A stretch of 64,000 bases of DNA from an uncultured Poribacteria bacterium (GCA_951813565.1 OX638351.1:1920001-1984000), one strand, 5' to 3'. Positions 42,585 to 55,490 are shown, numbered from the stretch's first letter. Notes: a model not told the origin generated them from the sequence alone. Translations and numbers: made by a program.

Positions 42585-43919
42585 ATGCAACACACTCCCG
42601 ATTCACTCTGGTTAACAATACTTGAGGAACTTGACGAAACCGCCCGTAATGACATATATCTCCGTCAAGTTATCCCACATTCACTCACCGAGGAGTCTTT
42701 TATCATTGCTGTTCCTTCCGATTATACACAAGACGAAATCGAAGACAGATTTCTCAGTGATATTAAGAAGGTGTTAGGCGATCAAACAAGTAACGGTTGT
42801 AAGTTAAAAATATCAGTGGATACGTCTCTTGCCAAAATCCCCGAGCCAGAGCAAGCTGTACATAGTTATGAAGAAGACACCCCTGAAACAGCAAACTTAA
42901 ATCCTCACTACGTCTTTGACAATTTCATGGTTGGGCCGAGCAATCGCATTTGTCATGCGACTGCGTTTGGTGCATCTGACGACTTGGGCGGAAAATACAA
43001 TCCGCTTTTTATATACGGTGGTGTAGGACTCGGAAAAACACATCTCCTTCATGCCATCGGCAATAGAGTACAAGATATAGGCCCTAAACGGAAAATTTTT
43101 TACGTCACCTCTGAAACGTTTATGAACGAATTTGTTGAATCTATCATGAACCGAAATTCAGCGCAAGGATTCCGCACAAAATACAGAACAGCGGATCTGT
43201 TATTAATTGATGATATCCAATTCCTTGCACGTAAAGAAGGTACACAAGAGGAATTTTTTAATACCTTCAACGATTTATACATGAACTCTAACCAAATCGT
43301 GATGACGAGCGATAGGTCGCCGAGTATGCTTGAAAACCTTGAAGAAAGGCTAAGTTCACGTTTTGAATGGGGCATGGTAGCAGAAATAGATAAACCTAAT
43401 TATGAACTCCGCCTTGCAATTCTACAGCGAAAATGTCAAGACCAAGAATTTGAGGATATTTCCGATAAAGTACTAAGTTACATTGCAGAAATGGTAACGG
43501 CAAATATTCGTGAATTGGAAGGCATACTGATACGTCTCACAACGCAGGCTTCAATTCTTGATGAACGACTTGATATTGACTTTGCACGCAGGGTCCTAAA
43601 TGACACAACCCCGATTAGCAGAGGATTACAGAAAAAAGTTATTACAGCAGAAGCAATACAGAAAGTTGTCACTGATCATTTTCAGCTGGACAGTGATGAC
43701 CTAACTTCTCCTAAGCGGACAAAAGTTCTTGTTTTCCCACGTCAAATCGCGATGTACCTGTGTAGAGAACTCACGCAGCTTTCTCTGTTAGATATTGCTG
43801 AAGCATTCCATCGGCAAAACCATAGAACCATCACGTACGCCTACGAACAGATTGAAAAACTACTTGAAGACAAAGAAATGAAAAAACTTATACAACTTTT
43901 AACTGATGAACTGACATAA
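42585..43919 (+). CDS. dnaA: Chromosomal replication initiator
   Basis: YNPLFIYGGVGLGKTHL, LLIDDIQF, RL.SRF.WG, NIRELEG, RQIAMYL. Confidence 0.97.
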   Translation: MQHTPDSLWLTILEELDETARNDIYLRQVIPHSLTEESFIIAVPSDYTQDEIEDRFLSDIKKVLGDQTSNGCKLKISVDTSLAKIPEPEQAVHSYEEDTPETANLNPHYVFDNFMVGPSNRICHATAFGASDDLGGKYNPLFIYGGVGLGKTHLLHAIGNRVQDIGPKRKIFYVTSETFMNEFVESIMNRNSAQGFRTKYRTADLLLIDDIQFLARKEGTQEEFFNTFNDLYMNSNQIVMTSDRSPSMLENLEERLSSRFEWGMVAEIDKPNYELRLAILQRKCQDQEFEDISDKVLSYIAEMVTANIRELEGILIRLTTQASILDERLDIDFARRVLNDTTPISRGLQKKVITAEAIQKVVTDHFQLDSDDLTSPKRTKVLVFPRQIAMYLCRELTQLSLLDIAEAFHRQNHRTITYAYEQIEKLLEDKEMKKLIQLLTDELT

Positions 43920-43959
43920 GTTCTATTCCTCTATCTGAAATTTTAGGAATTCGCAACAT

Positions 43960-44094
43960 TATAGTAAATTATGTAAATAAGTTCACATATATTCTGTAGG
44001 AGCGATCTCCGAATCGCGATGAAACCACTGTTAGTCGGGAATCGGAGTTCCCTCGGACAGCTCAGATGTCCAGTTAATTGTAGAATCCGCTATA
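43960..44094. mobile_element. TATAGT-type MITE shell, near-identical to 21512-21647
   Basis: Near-identical sequence over about 135 bp. Confidence 0.8.
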
Positions 44095-44139
44095 AGATTT
44101 GTAAACCCAAATATTCTCTAAAGTTTAAAGAATTAGATA

Positions 44140-44440
44140 TTTGTTATATACATTTCCTATTGATAATAACTTGATAATAACTTGATAATAACTCAACAAT
44201 AACTCTAAATTATTGTTGGTAAATTGTTAATAAGTTTTGCGTTCGTAAATTGAATTGATAAATTGTTAATAAGTGTAAAAGTTGTTATCAAGTTCTTATC
44301 AGCAATCATGTCAATCCCCACAAGGTTTTAGAGCAGTTATTAACATATTATCAGCCCCTACTGTTACTACTATGGTACAATTTAAATTTTAAATTGTACT
44401 TTAGTACATATATAAGACACGTGGATAACTATTTCACGAA
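44140..44440. other. Putative replication origin oriC
   Basis: AT-rich region downstream of dnaA; DnaA-box-like 9-mers; GC-rich CCCC then DnaA-trios TACTGTTACTACTAT (44359-44373). Confidence 0.8.
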
Positions 44441-44473
44441 ACCAATTCCATTTAAAAATAGAGTATGATATAC

Positions 44474-45932
44474 CAATACCTTCGCCAAAAATAATTGAAT
44501 AAATAGGGCGTCTGTCCTAAAGTTATAACAGTTAACCATAACTTAGAAAGGACAATCGCCCATGTCAGAAATTATAGCACTGTTTACTGTTCTTAATCCA
44601 TGTTTATCCGCAACGATGACGCGGCAGTTATGCCGAGTTGTATTCGCACTACTTGCGATGAGTGGTCGGGTAACCATGTTAAATATCTCTCGTTGGACAA
44701 CCCAAGGCGGTAGCTACCGCACCATACAACGCTTTTTCAACACTGTTATGCCTTGGACGACGATGTGTTGGATGTTTTTTCGCACGCATCTGTTTGATCG
44801 TGAAAGTGACTACATCCTCACAGGAGACGAAGTGGTTGTGCCAAAAGCAGGAAAATCTACTTATGGTTTATCTCGTTTCTTTTCTTCATTGTATGGCAAA
44901 GCGGTCCCCGGTTTGTCGTTTTTAGCCGTGTCCTTAGTGAGTGTCAACCGAAGGCGTTCATACCCGATGGTTATGGAGCAAATCGTGCGTGGCACCTCAT
45001 CGTCAAATCAAGGAGTTTGTGCTTCCGAACATCAGGACAACACCGAGACAGCAACACCAAGACATAAATGCGGGCGTCCAAAGGGAAGCCGAAACCGAAA
45101 CAAAGACGATGTCATGCTCAGCGATGTGTTGAAGCAACTTCAAACGATGGTCAAGGCGTTGCTAAAACTGGTTGGCAACTTGATCCCACTCCGTTATCTT
45201 GTGCTTGATGGATACTTCGGACATAATAATGCGCTACAAATGACAAAGCAATGTGGACTACATCTCATTTCAAAACTACGCATAGATGCTGCGTTGTATC
45301 TGCCACCGACGACACCTTACGCCGGACAAGGGCGCCCACGCATCTACGGAGAGCGTTTCACCCCACGACAGATTGACCCTAAGTATTGTGTTTCTGCCGA
45401 CACACAGGGAAACCTGAGAACCGAAGTGTATCAAATGAACTTACGCCACAAAAAGTTCACAGACTTCCTAAATGTAGTTTGCGTTCTCAAAACGAACTTG
45501 ACGACGAAACAACAAGCACACGTTTTACTGTTCAGTTCTGATTTAGCGTTAGACGCTGAAAAACTGATTGATTATTATTCCCTCCGTTTTCAAATCGAGT
45601 TCAACTTCCGCGACGCAAAGCAATATTGGGGATTACAAGATTTTATGAATGTCAACAAGATACCAGTAAACAATGCAGCGAACCTCTCAATGTTTATGGT
45701 GAATGTGAGTGCTAAACTCATAGATACGCTCCGTTGTAAAAATACTGCGTCCAGTGTTTTAGACCTAAAAGCACGCTACCGAGGTTTGAAGTATTTACAC
45801 GAAACATTAAAAATACTTCCGCAAAAACCTGAACCTATTGTTATTCAACAAATCGCACAACATTTGGGAACAATCGGTGCTATTCATCACACACAACCAA
45901 AACTGAACCCCGGATAATTGGCGAAGGTATTG
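44474..45932 (+). mobile_element. IS4/IS701-like insertion sequence with 15-bp perfect IR and 6-bp ATATAC target duplication
   Basis: CAATACCTTCGCCAA (44474-44488) and TTGGCGAAGGTATTG (45918-45932); ATATAC on both sides. Confidence 0.9.
44562..45917 (+). CDS. DDE transposase
   Basis: GDEV..K, LDGYFG, YSLRFQIEFNFRDAKQ (Y..R..IE..F...K signature). Confidence 0.9.
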   Translation: MSEIIALFTVLNPCLSATMTRQLCRVVFALLAMSGRVTMLNISRWTTQGGSYRTIQRFFNTVMPWTTMCWMFFRTHLFDRESDYILTGDEVVVPKAGKSTYGLSRFFSSLYGKAVPGLSFLAVSLVSVNRRRSYPMVMEQIVRGTSSSNQGVCASEHQDNTETATPRHKCGRPKGSRNRNKDDVMLSDVLKQLQTMVKALLKLVGNLIPLRYLVLDGYFGHNNALQMTKQCGLHLISKLRIDAALYLPPTTPYAGQGRPRIYGERFTPRQIDPKYCVSADTQGNLRTEVYQMNLRHKKFTDFLNVVCVLKTNLTTKQQAHVLLFSSDLALDAEKLIDYYSLRFQIEFNFRDAKQYWGLQDFMNVNKIPVNNAANLSMFMVNVSAKLIDTLRCKNTASSVLDLKARYRGLKYLHETLKILPQKPEPIVIQQIAQHLGTIGAIHHTQPKLNPG

Positions 45933-46019
45933 ATATACCTCTTTTAATTTCAAAGAAAATAGCGGAAAATGTTTTAAAGATTTTGTAAATAATTAAATAA
46001 GATAAATGGTGAAGTTCAG

Positions 46020-47180
46020 ATGCACTTGGAGCGCTTATGTCTGCGGAATTTTCGGAATTATGAGGAATGCGATATTACGTTTCATTCACCAGTGACGTTA
46101 ATCGTTGGAAGAAATGCGATGGGAAAAACAAGTCTTCTGGAATCGCTTTATTTTCTTTGTACCGGTGAATCGCACCGTGCGAATACGGCTGTTGAATTAA
46201 TACGACATACATCAGAAGGGTTTTCGGTTACAGGTTATTTCCGTAGTGATAAGAGACCGAATTCACTTATACGACTTGAGGCGGTGAAACCCCGTCAAGG
46301 TGCGTTCCGTCTAAAAACAGATGGTGTGTTGCAACAAAGACGTTCGGACTGGATAGGGCAGTTCAATGTTGTGGTTTTTTCACCTGAATCTTTGGAACTT
46401 GTGAAAGGTGCCCCTACATCCCGCAGACGATGGCTTGATCTGCTTTTATCCCAACTGAATCGTGAATATCTGGACGAACTTCAACGCTATCGTGAGATTT
46501 TACAGCATCGTAATGCGTTATTGAAGAGATTGAGTATCGGAAAAGGCTCGGTTGGCGAAATATCTGTTTGGGATGGTCTCCTTGTTGAATCGGGAGTTGC
46601 GTTGGTTGGCGCAAGACATACTGCGTTAGCAAGACTAAGTGGGATTGTAGAGACAACGCATCTTTCGTTGACAGGTGAACGAGAACGACTTTTGTTGCAA
46701 TATATTCCGGGAGTTGAATGTGTTATCGCTGAACTTTCTGATATTACGAATCTTTCAGATCATTTTCGGAACGCTTTGGCGAAAGCACGTCGGGATGAAT
46801 TGCGGCGTGGCTTAACACTTGTCGGTCCACATCGTGACGATTTTACTTTAATCTTAGAAACGTTAAACGGTGGCGAGACACTTTTGCGTGAAACAGCACG
46901 TACCTATGCTTCTCAAGGACAGTGCCGAACAATAGCACTTGCGCTAAAACTGGCGGAACTGGAGTTTATTCGGGAAGATACCGGTGTGGCACCACTTTTT
47001 TTGCTGGATGATGTCCTGTCGGAGTTGGATGTTAAAAGGCGAGCTTACCTATTAACATATCTACAAGGTGTCAATGCACAGACTGTGATTACAGCTACCG
47101 ACAAAGATGTGATGGGTGACGAACTGCCAGATGTCTACCTATTAATGGTTGAAAACGGTGTAATCGTTAATAATAATTAA
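46020..47180 (+). CDS. recF: DNA replication/repair protein RecF
   Basis: NFRNY, GRNAMGKT, GPHRDD, ASQGQ, LLDDVLSELD. Confidence 0.95.
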   Translation: MHLERLCLRNFRNYEECDITFHSPVTLIVGRNAMGKTSLLESLYFLCTGESHRANTAVELIRHTSEGFSVTGYFRSDKRPNSLIRLEAVKPRQGAFRLKTDGVLQQRRSDWIGQFNVVVFSPESLELVKGAPTSRRRWLDLLLSQLNREYLDELQRYREILQHRNALLKRLSIGKGSVGEISVWDGLLVESGVALVGARHTALARLSGIVETTHLSLTGERERLLLQYIPGVECVIAELSDITNLSDHFRNALAKARRDELRRGLTLVGPHRDDFTLILETLNGGETLLRETARTYASQGQCRTIALALKLAELEFIREDTGVAPLFLLDDVLSELDVKRRAYLLTYLQGVNAQTVITATDKDVMGDELPDVYLLMVENGVIVNNN

Positions 47181-47227
47181 ACGTTACATATAATAGTGTT
47201 TGTAATTTGGATCGGGTGGATAGAAGG

Positions 47228-47794
47228 ATGCGTTTTAAAAAATATCGTGGAAAAAGGCGAAAGCGAGCGATTCGGCGGAGTACAGTTAAAATACAAGGGG
47301 TTATCGAAACTTTTCTACGTCAAGAAGGTTGGACTGATAAACTCCATGAAAGACAGATTTTTGAGATTTGGGAGTCTATTGTTGGAACACTTGTTGCTTC
47401 GCAAAGTGTACCGGTTTCCTTATCAAATGGAATTTTGAAGGTTGAAATAGTACATTCATCCTGTTGGACTGAATTATCTGCAATGAAAACTCAGCTTCTA
47501 TCAAAACTGGAAAAAAAACTTGATGGTCTGAATTCAGGAATACGTAGACCTTCTAAGAAGGTCAAGATAACTGACATCCGGTTTCGTTTGAACCCGAACA
47601 TTTCTAAGTTGAAATCCATTAAAAATACAGTTAAATCGGATTCAGAAGTATCTGAAAAGATTCTTAAGTCTGTTTCGCCTGAGATGAAAGTACAGATTGA
47701 AGCTGCGGTTTCGGCAGTAAACGATTCTGAGCTGCAGGCTGCTTTAAAGACACTTTTTTTAACACAATGCTCTTATACTGAAACCGCAGAATAA
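47228..47794 (+). CDS. DUF721/DciA family protein
   Basis: WESIVG..VA....P.....G.L.V...SSCW..EL pattern; between recF and gyrB. Confidence 0.8.
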   Translation: MRFKKYRGKRRKRAIRRSTVKIQGVIETFLRQEGWTDKLHERQIFEIWESIVGTLVASQSVPVSLSNGILKVEIVHSSCWTELSAMKTQLLSKLEKKLDGLNSGIRRPSKKVKITDIRFRLNPNISKLKSIKNTVKSDSEVSEKILKSVSPEMKVQIEAAVSAVNDSELQAALKTLFLTQCSYTETAE

Positions 47795-47814
47795 CAACAA
47801 ACATTTTACATATA

Positions 47815-48065
47815 TAACGACTTGTGCCAGTTAAGTGAAAGTTTTTTTTGTTTTTCACAATTGTTCATATTTTGGGATCAACGCCAAATACGCTTTTGGC
47901 ATTTGGCGGGAGCGATCTCCGAATCGCGACACGTTTGCAGTCGGGAATCGGAGTTCCCTCCTACCTTGAGAACAGCAGCTATCGGAAAAGTTGCGGAATG
48001 CAAACCCAAACAAGAGGAACATGTGAAATATAAATATACCAAATGTTAACTGGCACAACGCGTAT
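47815..48065. mobile_element. TAACGACTTGTGCC-type shell with REP cargo and a mini-element
   Basis: Ends CTTGTGCCAGTTAA...TTAACTGGCACAA; same left end at 32204. Confidence 0.65.
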
Positions 48066-48066
48066 A

Positions 48067-48223
48067 TATAGTAGATTTTGGAATTATTTGGACACTCTTG
48101 CACCAGCGAGGTTAGGAAACCTCGCCTACCTTCAATTTCAATGTAAGAGACGCAACAAATTGCGCGACTACAAACGCACCAAACCTATTAAGAACTAAAA
48201 AAATAATTTTAGATTTCACTATA
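48067..48223. mobile_element. TATAGT-type MITE shell
   Basis: TATAGTAGATTTT...AGATTTCACTATA; same cargo pair as 343-491. Confidence 0.7.
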
Positions 48224-48255
48224 TAAAAAATTTCACAAAATAGATAAAAAATAGG

Positions 48256-48285
48256 TTGACAAAAAATAAAAATTTATGGTATAAT
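48256..48285 (+). promoter_or_regulatory. Sigma70-type promoter for gyrB
   Basis: TTGACA-18-TATAAT with extended -10 TG. Confidence 0.65.
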
Positions 48286-48552
48286 GGATATAGAAAATAC
48301 AAATTTTTGTGTGAAAATTTTATGATACGTTACTCACTACGGGTTGATATGGAAAAGGTCATTAAATTAAGTAAAAATTGTAACTGAGCGTTAAAAAATT
48401 TGATCGGAAAATTGCTGCGATTCGTGATAACTTGTAGGTTGGATTTAGCATAACGAAATCCAGCAACATGTTCTTTCCATGCTGTTTGCCTAACCTTATC
48501 TCATTTCATACTTCCGATTGACACAACCAACAACCTAAAAGAGGATTTATAG

Positions 48553-51075
<2,523 letters not shown>

Positions 51076-51076
51076 C

Positions 51077-51280
51077 TATAGTAAACTCAAAAAATATGTG
51101 ACCATTTTTTGGTAGGTGTGGTTTCCTAACCGCACCATAGGTGTCAATTTAAGGATTTATTTCAGGTTTCACACATTTTAACCCAAACAACACCGTAACC
51201 CGATTGTAGGGGCGGGTCTCTGTGCCCGCCCGTTGTTTGAATACATCAGAAACATGATTCAACCTCCATCTAAGCTGAAA
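51077..51280. repeat. TATAGT left end, REP hairpin and TGTCAATTTAAG-type shell (51142-51280)
   Basis: Shares motifs with 26462-26684 and 29088-29183. Confidence 0.55.
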
Positions 51281-51399
51281 ATACAGAAAAATGAGTGAAA
51301 CCCAACTCTTTTCTCTCTTATGGACAGACAATTGGAATCAAATATCTAACTCACGTTATAATAAAAAGAAAATAGTCATAACGAATATAAGAGAAATAT

Positions 51400-53856
51400 A
51401 TGCAAGAAGAAAACATCGTTAGGCGATCTATAGAAACCGAACTACAGACCTCATACCTCACGTACGCGATGAGTGTAAATACAAATAGAGCAATCCCCGA
51501 TGTGCGTGATGGCTTGAAGCCGAGTGCACGCCGAATCATCTATGCTATGGGAGAGATTAATCTCACGAGTAGTCGTCCCTACGATAAATGTGCTGCTGTT
51601 GTTGGGGAGGTTATGAAGAACTTTCATCCACACGGCGATGGTCCGATTTACGGCACGCTCGTAGGGCTTGCCCAGGAATTTAGTACACGTTATCCCTTAA
51701 TTGATGGACAGGGAAACTTCGGGTCTATTGACGATGACCCGGCAGGAGCAATGCGTTACACGGAGTGTAGACTTACAAAGATTGCTGAAACACTCCTGCT
51801 GGATATTAATAAGGATACTGTTGACTTTCAACCCAATTATAAAGAATCGTTAGAAGAACCTACCGTCCTGCCCGGTCTTCTTCCGAACCTGCTTGTGAAC
51901 GGTACTGACGGTATCGGTATAGGTTATTCAACAAAGATCCCACCACATAACCTCAATGAAGTCGTGGATGCCCTTCTACATGTAATTGATTTTCCGGAAG
52001 CGTCAATTGATGAGTTGATGGAATTTATCCCGGGGCCAGATTTTCCCACTGCTGGAATTATCGTTGGGAAAAAAGGAATCAAAGATATGTATTCTGCTGG
52101 CAAAGGGAGTATGACGATGCGGGCGAAAGTGGAAATTGAACCGATAACGCACGATAAATCTCGTGGAGACCGCGAGCAGATTGTAGTTACTGAAATTCCC
52201 TATCAGATTAAGAAAAATTTGCTGCTGCAACAGATGGTTGAGCAGGTAGTGAGTAAAACGATTACTGGCATTTCGGATATCAGAGACGAATCTGATGAGG
52301 AGATCCGTATCGTTATTGAACTTAAGCGCGGGGAAGTGCCACAAGTTGTCTTAAACCAACTCTACAAGCACACAAAGATGCAGCATTTTTTTCCTGCAAA
52401 CCTTCTCTGCCTTGTTGAAGGACTTCCTAAAATATTAACGCTCCCCGAGATTTTACGCTACTACTTGATGCATCGGCGGGATGTTATCCGTAGACGCACG
52501 CAGTATGATTTAGCACGATGCGAACGCCGCGCTCATATTTTAGAGGGATACCGTATAGCGCTTGAACATTTAGAAGAAGTTATTGACATCGTCCAAACTG
52601 CTGATACCCCACAAGCAGCCAAAGAACAACTGATAGCACAGTATGAACTTTCTGAAGATCAAGCGAACGAGGTGCTGGGACTAACCTTAAGCCAGTTAAC
52701 AGGATTAGGGCGTCAGAATATTAACGAAGAATACGAAAAATTGGTAGTAGAAATTGCGGAACTTCGTGCTATTCTTGATAGTGAAGATCTTGTTACCAAC
52801 ATCATCAGAGAAGAATTGGAGGGGTTGAAGGAGGATCATGGAGATGATCGCATCACCGAAATTGTTTCGGAGGTCGAAAGTTTCGAAATGGAAGATCTCA
52901 TCGCTGATGAGGAGATGGTTGTCACGCTCACGCATTCTGGATATCTCAAACGGATTCCCATGGATACCTACCGAACGCAAAATCGAGGTGGGGTTGGTAT
53001 AAAAGGCGGTAACCCAAAAGACGGGGACTTCTTGGAACAACTGCTTATTGCAACAGCGCATCAATCCCTTCTTTTCTTTACAAGCCTCGGCAAGTGCTAT
53101 GTTCTGAAAGTTTTTGAGATACCGGAAGGTTCACGTCAAGCAGCTGGACGCGCAGCGGTAAATATGCTAAAACTAAGTGACTCTGAGACTATTACTGCAT
53201 TTTTACCCATTCGAGAGTTTAATGAAGACCTCTATATTCTTATGGCAACAAAATACGGTATTGTAAAGAAAACTCCATTGGGTGACTTTAGAAATCCCAT
53301 TTCCAGTGGAATTATAGCGGTTAATTTAGATCCAGACGACCAATTAATTGGGGCGCACCTTACCGATGGAAATTACGATGTTATTCTGGTTAGCCATAAT
53401 GGGAACTCTATACGATTTAAGGAATCAGATGTTCGCAGTATGGGGCGCCGTACACGTGGTGTTCGCGGCATCCGGCTCGCTGAAGAAGACTTTGTCGTAG
53501 ACATGGTCTGTTCTGCTGATGAAAAAGATTCTCTTCTCATTGTAACTGAAAACGGTTATGGCAAGCGAACAGGACTATCCGCGTATCGTTCGCAGAAGCG
53601 CGGCGGCATAGGATTGACTGCCATTAAGCGTTCAACACGTAATGGTGCGGTTGTTTCTGCAAAATTAGTTTCAAAGTCAGACGAGCTCGTTTTGATTAGT
53701 TCTACTGGATACATTACACGCATGGCAGTCAGTGACATTCGTTCAATTGGACGCACAACGCAGGGCGTAAGACTCATGACTTTACAAGAAGACGAGATAC
53801 TTGTTGACGTTGGTAAAATCTCAGAAACCGATTCTGGTAGCAATGTGGAAGGATAG
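51400..53856 (+). CDS. gyrA: DNA gyrase subunit A
   Basis: DGLKP, HPHGD, AMRYTE, GyrA-box QNRGGVG, C-terminal pinwheel repeats. Confidence 0.95.
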   Translation: MQEENIVRRSIETELQTSYLTYAMSVNTNRAIPDVRDGLKPSARRIIYAMGEINLTSSRPYDKCAAVVGEVMKNFHPHGDGPIYGTLVGLAQEFSTRYPLIDGQGNFGSIDDDPAGAMRYTECRLTKIAETLLLDINKDTVDFQPNYKESLEEPTVLPGLLPNLLVNGTDGIGIGYSTKIPPHNLNEVVDALLHVIDFPEASIDELMEFIPGPDFPTAGIIVGKKGIKDMYSAGKGSMTMRAKVEIEPITHDKSRGDREQIVVTEIPYQIKKNLLLQQMVEQVVSKTITGISDIRDESDEEIRIVIELKRGEVPQVVLNQLYKHTKMQHFFPANLLCLVEGLPKILTLPEILRYYLMHRRDVIRRRTQYDLARCERRAHILEGYRIALEHLEEVIDIVQTADTPQAAKEQLIAQYELSEDQANEVLGLTLSQLTGLGRQNINEEYEKLVVEIAELRAILDSEDLVTNIIREELEGLKEDHGDDRITEIVSEVESFEMEDLIADEEMVVTLTHSGYLKRIPMDTYRTQNRGGVGIKGGNPKDGDFLEQLLIATAHQSLLFFTSLGKCYVLKVFEIPEGSRQAAGRAAVNMLKLSDSETITAFLPIREFNEDLYILMATKYGIVKKTPLGDFRNPISSGIIAVNLDPDDQLIGAHLTDGNYDVILVSHNGNSIRFKESDVRSMGRRTRGVRGIRLAEEDFVVDMVCSADEKDSLLIVTENGYGKRTGLSAYRSQKRGGIGLTAIKRSTRNGAVVSAKLVSKSDELVLISSTGYITRMAVSDIRSIGRTTQGVRLMTLQEDEILVDVGKISETDSGSNVEG

Positions 53857-53939
53857 TTGTCAGTAACAAACCTTCGTCAAATGTGGTTACGAATTATGGA
53901 GCGGGTTTGCCACTATTAAAGCAGATAAGGAGAACGATT

Positions 53940-55394
53940 ATGAAAAGCAACTTATGGAGATTTTTTATCCTGCTAAGTGCAGTGTGTCTTTTCTCAACAG
54001 GGAATGTAACAGATGCGCAAGAATTAATGCCTCTTGCAACACCAGAACAGGTGCCGTTGACAGAGGAATCAGAAACTGCAAAGCAGGTTTACACTCAGCT
54101 GATGCACGCAATCTACCTACAAAGTTTTGATAGGGATGTGGATGCTGCAAAACGGATATATGCTGCAAAACATATATATGATGATTTAGTTAAACTGGCC
54201 CCTGATTCTGCTTATATTTGGTACAAACGAGGGCAACTTCGGTTTGATCCGATGGCGGATATAAAAGGTGCTGAAGAGGATATACTTAAAGCACTAAAAC
54301 TTAACCCATCCCACGTTCCAGCAAACTGGCAACTCGCGGAAATTTTATTTCACCGTGCATCCCATTCAGGTGGAAAATATATCATGGAAGGGTTGAAAGC
54401 GGCAAAAAAAGTGACTGAATTAGACCCTGACCATTTCGATGCACACCTAATAATCGTTAGAATAGCGTTTCGCCTCCAAGAATATTCTACTGCGGAAACA
54501 TCTTTGAAAGCACTAACACGAATTCTACCTTTTGAACCTACATTTCACAAGCAACTCGGTGATCTCTACCAAATTACAAATCAGTGGCAAGCAGCTATTG
54601 ATGCCTATCAACGCGTTATCAAAATTAGACCTAAAGACGTTCATAGCCATTTAGGGATCGGCTTGGTTTTTCAGGAACTTGCTCAGCGCTCGCTTGCGCA
54701 AGGAAAAATAGACTCACAAAGTGAGGAAGTTGACTTATCGACTCTCATTCACGAGGCAGAAACATATCTTGGACGAGCGGTCTTCCTTTCAAAAGATGCT
54801 ATAAACAATCCTACGAACGAATCCGGACGTGCCTACTTTCAACGGTTTTTGATAGATTCTCAGTATGCACTGGCAAACGTCTATTTCCTTTTTGAGAAAT
54901 TTGAGAAAGCCGAAGAGACTTTCGCTGAACTTCTTGCTGATAATCCGCTCCATATTGACGCTACATACGGGATTGCTGCTGTTTATCAGACAATTGGAGC
55001 GTTTGAAAAAGCGGAGAAGTATTTGCGTAAAACGCTTGGGATGGAACCGGCGCATGAACTTGCGCTCAACGCACTCGGCTATCTCTATGCGGAGCAAGGA
55101 ACAAATCTTGATGAAGCAGAAGCTTTAATAAAGCGTGCCCTCCAAAGGTCGCCAACAAACGGCGCGTATCTTGATAGTCTTGGATGGGTTTTCTTTAAAC
55201 AGGGACGCTTCACGGAAGCTGTTACAGCGCTGGAAAATGCGAACGAACAAATGCCCGAAAATATTGAGATTTTGATGCACCTTGGCGATGCTTATCTCAA
55301 AAACGGTGAACCTGAAAAAGCGAGACGTGTCTGGGAGCAAGCACAAACAATCGAACCTGATAATGATGAAATACAGGCACGACTCAAGCAATAG
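53940..55394 (+). CDS. Exported TPR protein
   Basis: Signal peptide; ALNALGYLYA...YLDSLGWV TPR block. Confidence 0.85.
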   Translation: MKSNLWRFFILLSAVCLFSTGNVTDAQELMPLATPEQVPLTEESETAKQVYTQLMHAIYLQSFDRDVDAAKRIYAAKHIYDDLVKLAPDSAYIWYKRGQLRFDPMADIKGAEEDILKALKLNPSHVPANWQLAEILFHRASHSGGKYIMEGLKAAKKVTELDPDHFDAHLIIVRIAFRLQEYSTAETSLKALTRILPFEPTFHKQLGDLYQITNQWQAAIDAYQRVIKIRPKDVHSHLGIGLVFQELAQRSLAQGKIDSQSEEVDLSTLIHEAETYLGRAVFLSKDAINNPTNESGRAYFQRFLIDSQYALANVYFLFEKFEKAEETFAELLADNPLHIDATYGIAAVYQTIGAFEKAEKYLRKTLGMEPAHELALNALGYLYAEQGTNLDEAEALIKRALQRSPTNGAYLDSLGWVFFKQGRFTEAVTALENANEQMPENIEILMHLGDAYLKNGEPEKARRVWEQAQTIEPDNDEIQARLKQ

Positions 55395-55395
55395 T

Positions 55396-55490
55396 TTTCA
55401 GCTTTCGGTTTTTGGCTATCAGCATTCAGTTAAGAAACTGCTTTGCTGATAGCCGACGGTTGATTGCTGATGGCTATCTCGCTGAAAGCT
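55396..55490. repeat. Degenerate heptamer-repeat hairpin (TCAGC / GCTGA units)
   Basis: GGCTATCAGCA...TGCTGATAGCC inner stem; further GCTGATGGC and GCTGAAAGC units. Confidence 0.5.

Noticed and set aside
44160..44203. 11-bp repeats as plasmid iterons
   Set aside because: No rep gene; the context is chromosomal dnaA-recF-gyrB.
47822..48103. Three short ORFs between dciA and gyrB
   Set aside because: They lie within MITE/REP sequence.
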